A stretch of DNA of 64,000 nt. It comes from Chrysomallon squamiferum (Eukaryota; Animalia; Mollusca). Each line of letters opens with the position of its first letter. Position 1 is the stretch's first letter. Below are positions 1 through 13,312 of this stretch, in pieces. The stretch covers positions 9,176,001 to 9,240,000 of the forward strand of contig CM022670.1 in assembly GCA_012295275.1 (NCBI GenBank). Reading direction: 5' to 3'. The notes under the pieces were generated by a model. It was given only the letters and a program-made list of their open reading frames with translations, did not search any database and was not told the origin of the DNA. A program made the translations under genes and the position numbers.

Positions 1-43
1 AGAAACACAAGCCCCACCCCAGCCCGAAGCTCCCCCAGAACCG
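1..43 (+). CDS. SPEF2: SPEF2 exon (5'-truncated by window)
   Basis: ETQAPPQPEAPPEP then donor gtaagt at 44. Confidence 0.75.
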
Positions 44-485
44 GTAAGTATTAAAAATTAAACAAAACACAGCAGTAGATAACTGTCTTTTAGAAATTAA
101 CAGGTTAAAAAGAAATGTTTCTGATTTAAAAAAAATACATAGATATAAAAAAGAATATCTCAGTAGAATACTTAAAAGTCTATAAATGTAGATATTTTGG
201 TGATAGTTATTAATTTATTTATATTTAGTTTATCATAGTGATCTTGTTAATTTTAAATTTATGATTTTTTTATTTATTGTTTTAATGCATATACATATAT
301 ATTGTTTTTGCATGTATTTACATTTTAATAATGATTGGTTTTTTTATTTAATCAGTTTTTTTTTTTTTATCTTTTTATTTATTGTTGTTATTATTTTAAA
401 TTAACCATTTCTTCCCACACTTTAATGATTTATTGTTTTTGTTCAAGAATTTTCATTATTTTTTATTATGTTTTTTTTTATCTGT

Positions 486-517
<32 letters not shown>

Positions 518-891
518 TTTATTTTTATTTTCTGTCTTTTTAATTTTGTTTTATTATTATTATTTTTAGCCTGTTGAGGTTCCTGAACCACCAAAAGAGG
601 AACCCCCACCAGAACGAAAAACCTCTCGCCCCACCTCTCGAGAAGGTAGACATACTGATAACATAGGCATCTTGGAACAAATAATTAACTCATAAACACT
701 CTATTTATTACACACACCAACAGCATAAACAAAAAAAGAAACATTAAAATAATAATTAATTATTAAGTAAAAAAAATGTATAACATTTTAGTCACTGACT
801 TACTAGGAAAAAATTCTTTATTGTTTTCATATTTTAAGTTTTGTTTCTGTTTGTGATTCTTTTCATTTTAATTTTAGTTTTCATTTTTGTT

Positions 892-923
<32 letters not shown>

Positions 924-3900
924 TACCATTTAGTTAATAATGTTTAGCAGTTTGTATATATCATGAAATATTTATCAAATGTGCAATAATTGTGTCACGC
1001 AAACCATTTTTAACTTTTCATGATTGAATGCTTTGTTTTGAACTTGTGTGTCTGCTTATTGAGAGGGATTAAACTCATCTACTTCCACACTGCCTGGTTG
1101 TGTATGGTTTTAGAAATTTCTAGATGCTCATAATGTGCTTTGCAATGCACTTGGATTAAAATGATTTAAAGGGTTTTTGTGTTCTGTATGTCTCGAATGT
1201 TCACCAAGGAACCTGTGGTTCAGATTATTTTGGATACTGTGAATTGAAAACCTGCAGTTGATGGTCATTATATTTTGAAATTGGACTTAAGAACATGTTG
1301 TTTAGATACATAGGTATTAATTCATTGAAAATGTGCAGTTGACAGTCACTACATCTTGAAGTATGACTGAGAAAAATGCAGTTTAGATATAGGTCTTTTT
1401 TTATATATATATTATTTCTCACACCTCAAATTGAAAATCTACACTTTATAGTCATTACATCTTGAAATATGATTAAGTAATGTATGGCTTAGATATGAGA
1501 CTTTGTAATCTGTTATTTTGTATACCATGCACTGAAAGTCCACACTATATGTATTACATGTTAATTTTCAAAATGACTAAGTGGCATTTAGCTTAGGTAA
1601 AGGTATTTATCATGTTGTTTCTTGCACTGAAAATCTACACTTCAACGTCATTACATCTAAAAGTATGATTAAGGAATGTTTTTTTTTTTTAAATAAAGGT
1701 CTTCTTATGGTATTGCTGCTAAAGGCAAATTGAAAATGTAAAGAAATATATTTATCCGTGTGATGTGCAGTGAAATCTACATATTATAGTCATTATTTCT
1801 TGATATATGATTAAGTAATGATTATGGTTTATTTGTATGGTGTTCAGACTTCTGCTTTTGAGCAGTCTATGCTTTCTTCTTAAGAAATACACATATTACA
1901 GTCATTACTTTTTGAACTATGACTATGGAATGAATGGTTAAGATGTGGGATATTGTGTATTATTTCTTAGAATACAATCTGAAAATTTACATCTTATAGT
2001 CATTTTGAATTGCATACCAAAAAAATTTGGTTTAAATACATTATGTATTATATCTCATTCTGGAACTGAAAATCAAAAGTTAATAGTCACTGAAGAAAGT
2101 CTAAGAAACATCTCAGTTATATTGCTTCTTATGCTGCAGACTAAAAATCTTTTTTATCTATAGTCATTGTGTACTGAATAGTGACTAAAAATGTATGACT
2201 TAGAAATGTTGCTGTTATATATTATTTCTCAAACTACTGAAAATGTGCATATTATAGTCATTATATTTTGGAGAATGTCTTAGAAATGTATAGTTTGGAT
2301 ATACTATGCATTAATTCTTGTACTGAATTGGACATGTGCTGCTTATAGTCATTATATCTTGAAGTATGACTAATGAGCATTTTAATTAGATAAATTATGC
2401 ATCAATTTTCATGCTGTTAATTGAAAAACTACAGTTTACAGTCATTACATCTTGAACTGTGTCTAAGGAATCTTTTGGTTTGATATGTGTTAATTTTACC
2501 CATTGCAAATTGGAAACCTAGAGATCACAGTTTGACTAAGAAATGTTTGCTTTAGGGCTAGAAGCTTATGGTATGTTAATTCTCACAGGTTCTCCAAAAA
2601 AATCATCGAGAAAATCATCAAAAAGTGATAAAAAAGATGATCGACCAAAAAGTGGATCACCTAGAAGAGGTGGAAGTAAAACTGAAAAAAAGAGTGGCCG
2701 AAGTAAATATTTTGTTTTCAGTTTTGTTTGTTTATTCTGTTTTGTTGTAGTTTATTTTTATTTCTGTTTTAATTTTTATTTGTCTGTTACCTTTGGGTTT
2801 AACATTATTTGTTTTTTTTGTTTTGAAAAGTCTTACAAATAATTGTAATATAAAAATAAGTTAGAGTAAAAGAAATTTTACGAAATTTTTTAATTAAATG
2901 TTGTTTTCAATTTTCTTTGTTAACTTGTTTCTTTGTTTACAGAAAAATAAATTTGTTATCCAATTTAATAATCATAATAAGAATCCAAATGATTATGTGA
3001 ATGATGTTGATGTTTATAATGATAACATTTATTATGATGATGAAGGTGATGGTGATGATGTTGCTAAAATAATCCTTCTGAGTTCCCATTCCAACCACTG
3101 CTTTTAGGAAAAAATTCAAGTAAATTTCTTGTTGCTGCTCAATGTGAAAAGTTCAATAATAGTGGCATGGGTCTCTCTCTCACATCATCATCATCATCAT
3201 CAACATCATTATCATCATTATTGCCATCATCACTACTACCAGCACCACCATCATCATCATCAACATCATTATCAACATCATTATCATCATCAGTGCCATC
3301 ACCATCAACAAGAAACCATTCACATTTAACAATATTAGACAGAATTAAACAAATACACATTTATTTATTAACATGCAGTAATAAATGTATACACATGTAA
3401 CTGTAGGTTCAACCAGCAAATCACCTACAGGTAAACGAGGACGGTCAGGTAAAAAAGGTAAAACACCTGAACCTGAACCTGAACCTGAGCCCGAGGTCCC
3501 AGCTGGACCTCCTCCTCCTGAACCTGGCTCAGAGGAGTGGGAGTTTGTTGACCAACCTATTGAAGATGTGAGTTCTCAGTTCAGTATAAGACCTTTATTT
3601 TTATCACTTATTTGTTTATTTATTTATTATTTTATTTATTTATTTTTTTATTTTTTTTATTTTTTATTTTTTTTATTTTTTTATTTTTGGCATATTGACA
3701 AATTATTAATCAATTATTACAATTATTATTATTTGTTGTCAGTTTTTTTAAGTTTTAAGATTTTTTTAACATTATTTTTATTTTAAAGGATCTTCTTATT
3801 TTTTTTTTTTTTTTTTATTTTTTTTTTTATTCATCTGTTTTAAATTCTAAACAGGAAAGATTAACCAAATATTTATTTATTTATTTTTTTAAAGAAGTTG

Positions 3901-6900
3901 GCTAAGATTTTAATATTTTTAATTTTATTAGAAGCTGTTTTCATTTATTTATATATATATTTATATATATTTTTTAAATCAGTTTATAACAAAACTTTTA
4001 TTTGTAGTTATTTATTATTTTTCAGGGCTTTTCTTTTTTGGGTTTTTTTTTTTTTTTTTTATTAAATGTTTTAGGCTGTTTTATTTATTTATTTATTTAT
4101 TTATTCATTTTTAAAATCATTTTATAACTTTTAAAATTTGTATTTGTCTTTATTTATTACTTTTAAGGAGTTGGCTAAGATTCTGTTGGATTACTGGGAG
4201 TGTGTGGAAAAGACTTACGTCAGCAACAGCAAGAAGGTGTTCAGAAACGTACGCCAGGAACGAGAAAACATCTATCGTTACTTTTACCAAATCAGGTAAC
4301 TTTTACATTAAATTTTCAGTTACATACCTAGCAAGGACATCTGCTTTCATTATGTCAGTACAAAACATATTGTGCTCATACAATATGTACCTGACAACTG
4401 TACATAAATAAAACTTACATTTATTTCTTTCAAAGGTTTTTTTTCTGGGATTTCTTATAATGTTTACTAAATCAGTCAATTATTAATTTCATGATATCTT
4501 GTTTCTTTGAATTTTTTATTTAATTGAATTAAGCATGAATCTCTTATATTATAGGAATGTAGTTTTAAAAAGAAAATTTTGAAATATTTTTTACAGAAAG
4601 GATTTCTTGGGATATTTGAGAAGACCTGACCACAAACAAGAATTTGTTACTCAGTGGCAAACAGTAAGTGTAAACATATATTGTCACATTCCACGAGAGA
4701 AATATATACCATAAACCTAGTTCTTCTTATTATTATATGTGAGCTTTTTTCTTTCTTTTTTTTAATAACTTTTTTTTTTTTATCTTGTTTTTTTGAATTA
4801 TGAACAAGTCTAAAATTCAAAATAACACTTAACTGGTTTATTTAAAAAGATTCTTAGTATCTGCCAGTTTGAACTATTTTCATATTCTCAGTTCCATACT
4901 ATGAAAACTGTTTCAGTTGCTCAATATGTACAATACAGCCAGCATGCCTGTGAAAGCTTCATTTATATGTTAATATTAAAATTAATCATTAAAAATTTAT
5001 ATTATTGAAATAGAAAGACAAACACCCTTTTGATGTCATACAGCAGCTTAAATCTCTTCCCTAAACATTGCTTTATATGAGATACTGATTAAAAAGATTA
5101 AACAAAAAATCCCTTTTAAATATAAAAAAAAAAAAAAAAAATCCACAGATACAACATTTAAGGCATGAAACAGATGTTACAATGAAATTCATGATATAAA
5201 TTAACATTAAAACAGATCAACACCTGAGAATGATAACTTACAGTACAATTAAAGATGTAGAATTTCAAACTTCAGAATTACAACAACATTCCTGATGACA
5301 TGAGAGATGACGAGGAAACGAAGGCAGACCTGCACCAGACCGTGGACGACCTGCGGGAGAAGCTGTGGGACATCTGTGACGAGAGGAAGGAGCAGGCTGA
5401 GACAGAGAGGGAGCGAGTGATGAATGACGGATGGCTGGACGACAGACTCGGGATCCTCAGCAACCACTACATCACAATCATGCAGGTTAGTAGCGTGTGA
5501 AATTTCTTAAAGGTGTAATCTGGGTTTTGTAGCAGGTAATTTGCTATGGGGGTATTTAATTTTTTTTATTTTTTTATTTTTTTTAAAAAAAATTTTGGAT
5601 GGTTTTCTGCTATTGATTTTATTTTATTTTATTTATTTATTTATTTATTTATTTATTTTGTTTATTTATTTTATTTATTTATTTTTTTTTTAAATTTAAA
5701 TTTTTTTTTTTTTTTTATATATATTTTTTTTTTTGTTGTTTGTTTTTTGTAGTGTGAAGTTGATAGGTTCCAAGACACTGTCAGACTTCTGAAGGACTAC
5801 TACAGGGGAGTGGAAGGTCAAATACCTGATGAACTGAATACAAATTATGCAAGAATTCCCTTGATTGAGGTAACCATATATCAACTGTTGTTTACTATCA
5901 ATACTCAACTTTGAAATATAAAAGGTTTCAATAACTGAGAATAATATATTATTAAAATTTGAAGTATCGAATATAATGTAGTTTAGATTTCAACAAAAAT
6001 TGTATGATTTTTGTAAAATATGCATCAGAGAGCTATATTCAAACAGATCAATGAGCTGATTTAAAAAAAATCAAAGTCCTATTTTTACTTGCTATAATAT
6101 TTTATTGTACCCACATTTTATTCTTTTCTGTTATTATTACTATTAGTATTAATTTTAGTTTTAGTATTAATTTCAGTTTTAGTATTATTATTATTATTTG
6201 TGTTTGTCTACACCAGCTCCCAGTGGAAAGACCAGAGCCGGAGAAAGTAGAAGAAACAGAGCCAGTGTCACCTGCCCCTGAAGAGTCGTCCAAAGAAGCT
6301 GTCAAGTCCCCGAAGTCTTCCAGCGGCAGAAGATCCAAGTCACCCAAGGAGAGCAGGAGCAAGTCACCCCGTGAGAGCAGGAGCAAGTCTCCTAAAGAGA
6401 GCCGCAGCAAGTCTCGCACTCCTTCAGGGAAACGGCAGAAAAACCAGGAAAAGCCAGCAGAGACAACTCAGTCTACAGTGGAGACCAAAGAGAAGAAGAG
6501 GTGAATCTTTTCATTTCTTTGTTTCAGTGTTTCATGACACCTGACAGAGTTTTCTAACACCAAAGGAACAAAAAAAATCAATAATAATAATAATAAAAAT
6601 TGAATGAATGAAGTTTGGATCATATCAGTAATAATGATAAATTTCAGTAATAATTACGCATCTGTGTCAGAGTATTTTAAGGATGGATAATAATTAAAAA
6701 TATGATCATGATGATAATAATGAAATTAACAATAATATTTTATTTTAAAATATGCAGAAAATATTTAGACTCATTACTTCGTACAACCATAGTCACACTT
6801 TAACAACATAATGTGTTCAGATCACTTCAAATATTCATTTATTCATTCTCTCCTGTAGAATTCCTCTGGTTCCTCGCAGACCAGTGTCTCCTGATGTGGA

Positions 6901-7380
6901 TGCTAAGCCTGGAGCAGCAGCAGGGAAAGATAAGAAAGACAAGAAAGGAGGGAAGAAAGGAGCAGATGAAGGAGCCACTGTGGACAGTCCTGTGCCTCCT
7001 ATGGATCTTGACGAGAAGCTTTTGTTTGATGCAGCCCAGTTTGGAATCTCTAGCATTTCATCAATGGTATGAATGAGTGTTTTCACAAAATAAAATAATG
7101 TTGTTAATCTATGACTACAAGATTACAGTTAAAATACATATAACTTTTATTTTTGGCAGACTAATTTTTCTCATTTAAAAGATAACTTTACAGTTGCTGT
7201 TTTATTTGTCTTTACAAATTCACAACAAGATGATAGAGTTACAAATGACTTCAAGTAAAACTCTTATCAAATATATTTCTCTTATTTATATCCTTTTCAG
7301 GAACAAAACTTTCTTTTTGAATCACTCCATGAAATATTAGACATGCATAATCATTTAATGTGGAAACACAAATAAAAAAA

Positions 7381-7420
<40 letters not shown>

Positions 7421-10400
7421 TGGTTATTCACAATTTAATTATTCATTTCTTTATTTGGAAAACAAAACAAACAATAGTCACAACTCTGTTTTAACATAAT
7501 GCCGACACTGATGTTTCAGATGTCAGCTGAAATGGCTGCAAAGGAGGCGGAGGAGGAGGCAGAGAGACAGAAGGAGCTGGAACGAGAGAAAGAAAAAGCT
7601 AGCCAGAGCAAAGCAAAGAAAGGCAAGAAAGGCAAAAGCCGAACTCCATCACCAAAGAAAGGAAAAGCAAAGGAGGCTGAAATTGAAGCCACACCTCCAC
7701 CAGGTAAATCAGCTCATTTTTATTTTAGTTTACCTCTTTCCACATCCATCATTAAAAGCAGTTAAATAGTTATTAAATAGTTATAATTAGGATTACAGAG
7801 ATATTTCACAAGATTTTCAAATTGGTAAGGAATTCAAATTGGTACAGATAAATACTTTTATACTGGCCACATACTTTTTGTTAAAAGAAATATTTTTTAT
7901 TTTACAGCTGTGGAGTTAACTGAAGAAGAAAAGCAGAAGAAGCTCATAAAAGAAAAGATTAGAGCTGAATATTACTATGCCATTGCACATGAAGGTAGGT
8001 GTACACAACAATAGCAACAACAACAACAACAATAATAATAATAATATTCTTGTGTGTGTGTGTGTATGTATAGCATGTGTGTGTGTGTGCACACATGTGC
8101 AAGTACATATCTGGGTCAGTGAGTAGAAATGTATTTTAATAATTATTCTCTAGATGTTAATAATTCTAAATATTTAATTTCTATTTCCAGCATATTTTAC
8201 TCATATTTAAACCTACGTTCTGTTCTTTTATATATAACACATATTTTGACATTTTCAGAATCAGCAGCCAAACTGCGACTAGAGCTGATAAAGGTTCTGG
8301 GTATGGCCATACTGCAGGATCTCAAGGGTAAAGCTGATGAAGCTTACAAAGATCTCAATGACTGGCTGGGGGCCAGGTTCCTTAAAGAGATGGAAAGGTT
8401 TGTTTTAAACACTTATTATTATTATTGTTGTTACTATATTCTTCTTATTATTATTATTATTGTTATTATATTATTGTTCTTCTTTGTGTTATTATATTGT
8501 GCTTCTTTTTTTATTATTGTTATTATAGTGGGGATTTTTATTAATCATTTATTATTTGTTATTTATTTTATATATTTTTAAATTCTTTCCATAAAATCTG
8601 TAGAGGAGTCATTGTAGAAAATCAGTATTTACTGATTATTATTTATTTTCCTTCCTAAGTTGGATTTTTTTATCTTGTGGTATTTTTATTTTGGTTTTAT
8701 TTCATTTTATTTTTCTGTCATTGTACCCGACATGTAAGTTCTGACATATAAAACATTTATTACCACATATGTATTGTATCAGGAATAGGAGGCACTTACA
8801 CACGATACTGTTTCGAGTGTTTTGATTATTAAAGAAATGTATTAAAACTGAAGATGCATTTTAAATGTTTTCACAGCATTGACCAGATGTCGGAGCTGAT
8901 GCGTCATGCCATTGAGAGCAAAGAGAAGATCAAGACTCAGATTGTTCTCCAGCAGGAAGACTTTCTTCTAGATGAGGTGAGTACTCACAAACAGACTAGT
9001 GTGATAAAAACTGTACAGACACATCTACATAACACCACTCGTGCAAAACAGAATTACGTTAACTCATAATTATAACCTATAACTGTTGTTAGGATAATGT
9101 TAATTATAATGTCGGCTGAAAAGAAGACTCTGGAGATGCGAGACAGGCTGAAGATTTTATTTATTTATTTATTTTAGAATTATTACTGATTGTCAAATGT
9201 ATGAAGTGGAACTCACAGAAAATTTTCAGTGGCAGAACCACTTAGGATTAAGATGCTATATATCAATTTTGTTCATGAAAATATATGTTGTTGTTGTTTT
9301 TTTTTTGTTTTTAGGGTTTTTTAAATCACCATGTGTAAAGTGCAGAGAAAATGTGTTTTATTTTTGTATGTTCACAAATGAATTTTTATTCACCAGAAGA
9401 CTCAGTTACACCTGCCTTTTCACACAGTTGGAGTCCCTACAAAAATCAAATCACGGACTTGTTTCATCATAATTTTTTTGACTCCAATATTTTTTATCAA
9501 GTGTTTTTATGACTTGTATTTAGATTATATGGATGGCTTTATTTAACTGTGTCCTGTCTCTTGTTTTGTTATTCACTGGTTTAACATGTTTTACAGGACC
9601 TGGCTGTGCTGAGGTCACCAAGCCCTCCCCCACCCCCGGAACCAACCGAGGCACCAATGCCAGACCAGTTCACAGTGAACCAGTTGATACAGCTGTTTCA
9701 ACAGGTAGGAAATCCATACCATAGCATTAGTGTTTGTATATCTGATATAACTGTAATACTTAATTAAAAGTAATTTAGAGGTATTTATTTATTTATTTAT
9801 TTATTTATTTGTTGTAGTAGTAGTAGTAGTAAAAGTATAAGTAGTAGTAGTATTACACATCATGTAGACTGAACTTTTCAAATGAAAATAAATCCAAATT
9901 ATTTACCCTTTCAAGTGATTAGTTAAAGATCTCCATATGTAAGTATACTCTAGTTAGCACTTTTCAAATAAAAAAGAATCTAAATGTTTGAGTAATTATA
10001 TACGTAGATCTACATATGTGCTTTATTTTGTTCAATTACAGTAATAATTTTGCCAAATCATGTCATAAACAAGTTACATTTTTCTACAAGTAGAATAGTT
10101 AATGTTAAGTGAAATGTTTTATTGTTGTTTTTTTGTCTAGTTTTATTCTACTGCACCCAGTGGAGTCATGTCAAGCAGGGCATTCACAGAGACCCTGGAA
10201 AACCTGGTGTCAGTCACTCACGGCATGGAGCATCTTCCTGACATGTGGATGAGGGTAACCCCAAACCAGGTTAGTCTACACTACCACATGTTTCTTTTAA
10301 AGACTTTCACAGATCTTTGTGAATCTACAGCCAAAAGAAAAATATGCAGCTGTGGTGATGAGTTTGTCTTTGTAATGATTAACTGTGCTAATCAGTGATC

Positions 10401-12638
10401 TGAACTGTTAAATATTATGCAGAATTAGTAAATAAATATGTTTAAATTGTCAAAAACATTTTTTTATCTGTAGGTCTTTTGGGATATTGGGCAGGAGTTT
10501 TGGGTTTTTGGTTTTTGTTGTTTTTTTTTGTTGGTTTTGTTATACAAGAAAAAACATGTAAGAGAAAATATATTGTTTAAAATGATAAATTATTACACTG
10601 AAATATAATATAATTAAAACATCACTGGTTGTGGTGGTATTCTGTTATCATTGTTGAACACTGAGTTTGTTATTATTTTGAACCTCTGTATGAGATTAAC
10701 TGAAATAATGACCAGTGTGTGTTTGTTTCAGATACACGAGATCACCAACATGTTAGCCGGAGACTCTGAGTTCGTGGACTGGCGTCGCTTCATGCTTCCC
10801 CTTACATCACCCATGCCAACACCTACACAGGCCGAACTCCTCAAGACTTTGGAACACTTCAAGGAAATGGACCAGAAGTCTACAGGCTTTGTTTCCAGAG
10901 AGCAGTACGACAGAGTAGGCTCCCTTTATCCATTTAGTCATCGTAATAATAATATAAATGTAACGATGGTTATGTGTCAAAATGTGAATTTGTTAGATGT
11001 TAATGATATGTGTGATTGTTACAAAATCTAAAATAAATAATTGTGGTGTATTAAAACAGAGCAGAACAACTCAGTAGGTTCCTTTTTTCCATTTTATCAT
11101 GATGGGAATTTATGATTTTTCTTTAAATATGTTAAATAAATAGAAAATCTAAAAGAACTGGCAGTGATGGTACTAAAGCACAGGGCAGTACAGTAAATTA
11201 GGTTTTCTTTCATTGATATCCATTCTGTCATAAAGGGAAGTTATGTTTGTTGTGTTGGTGACTGTTTGTCATCATGGTGGTGGTAATTATAACAAATAAG
11301 AAATCAGTACAGCTGAATAGGTTTCCTTTGATTGATTATTATAATGGCAAAGTATGTTCATGATTTTTATAATATATTTGTACAGTCTCAGAGCACTTAA
11401 ATTGCTACATAACTGCTACATTATATATTATGTTAAAAAGTATTATTATTATTTTATGTAATGATATTTTGTCATTGTAAGGTCCTGATTTTCAATGCTT
11501 CTCAAACCTTGGCATGGCCATATTGCTCTGGGTACAATAAATAATAAAAATAAATAAAGACATATCTGCACAGTTTTTATAATTACATGTGTATGTTTTA
11601 ATATTCTGTCAGACAAATCTCTGGTTCTCCACTGATGAGAACAGGAATGAAGACATCTATGGCTACAATCGACTTCTTCATCTCAAGGCAGCTTTGTTTG
11701 ACATCTTTGGTTGTCTGGAGAAAGTTCCACTTGTACTTGACTACATTTCCATGGTGAGTTTAAGAATAAATGGTTTCTTTTTAAAGCTGGAAAAAAAAAA
11801 TGAGATCTTAAAATATATATAATTATATATATTAGATATTATTAGAGAATTTTTTCTTTTCAGTAAACTATTTTAATAACATTATCTTAAAGTTTATTTA
11901 AAGTGCAAATAGTTTCATTTTTAAAGTTGATATAAAATATATTGCTTTATCTCAAAATAATTTTGATTGCTGGATAGAAAGATTTTATTAAATTTTCTAC
12001 AATGATAACTTATTTTTGTTATCATAATTATTCATATTTGACATTCTTTACAATTTTATGTACCTATTTTCACAACATTTTATTGATATGTATATAAAAC
12101 TTATATTCATAACATAAAACAGAAACTCAGTGACATTTAACGGTTGCAATAAATATTACTTATACACTGTTCACCTGCAGCTTTCTGTATAACACATAAC
12201 AGGAAAAATAAAGTCTTCAATACAAATGTCACATATCTGATGGTAATAAAACATTATTATTTCATTTTTTATTTCATTTTTATTTTGTAGCTTATGTACT
12301 ACAGTGCAGTACCCAACTCACACCAAGGATTTCTAAGAGCTCTGAGTGTTGCGTCTGGAACCCACATACCCCACCTAGACAAGTCAGCAGCTTGTGCTCC
12401 CCCAATTGCTCTGCCTCACGAAACAGACCATCGTCCAGACAGCAACCTGCTCTTCACTCCAGACACTGATGAAAAGGAAATGAAGCTGCAGGATGAGCCA
12501 CTGATGTCAGCAGAAGATATTCCCGAAGAGGCCATCAACGCCGAAGTTTCGGTGGATGCTCTGTACAAAGTGAGTCATTTCATCATCTGTTTCAGTGAAA
12601 TACAAAATCTTTTGTATATGTGAGTGTGTGTGTGTGTG

Positions 12639-12692
<54 letters not shown>

Positions 12693-13246
12693 ATGCATGT
12701 GTTTGTGTGTGTGTGTGTGTTTGTGTGTGTGTGTGACTGTCATGATAAAATAAAAATATCAAATAAACTTGATGATGATGATGATGAATAAATAAAGCAG
12801 CTTAGCATCTGTTTTTGCCATTGCTACCAATGATATGTGGAAACAGAATCATTGGATTGTCAAAGCAAATTTTAATATTGAAAGGTGACCAAAAGAAGCA
12901 GATACCTCGAGAACTGAATTATCAATAACTGGATTATTGTGAGGTCCAGTCTGTAACATTAATTTTCACTGTAGTATTTTTTCATTCACTGTAACATTAA
13001 TTTTCACTGTAGTATTTTTTCATTCACTGTATAGTAAATAATGGTATTTTGGTATGGTTGAGGGCTTGGTAATTAAGCACTAACCACATCCTGTAAAATC
13101 ATATGACTTATAATTCATGGAATAATAAAATTTTGTTCTTAATATTCTTATATACTCAAAGGCAAGATGAACTGCAAACCAAAAACTATTTTGAAATCAT
13201 CACGGAATCTTTTTACCCATGGTTATAGAAAATACTGATGTTTATC

Positions 13247-13312
<66 letters not shown>

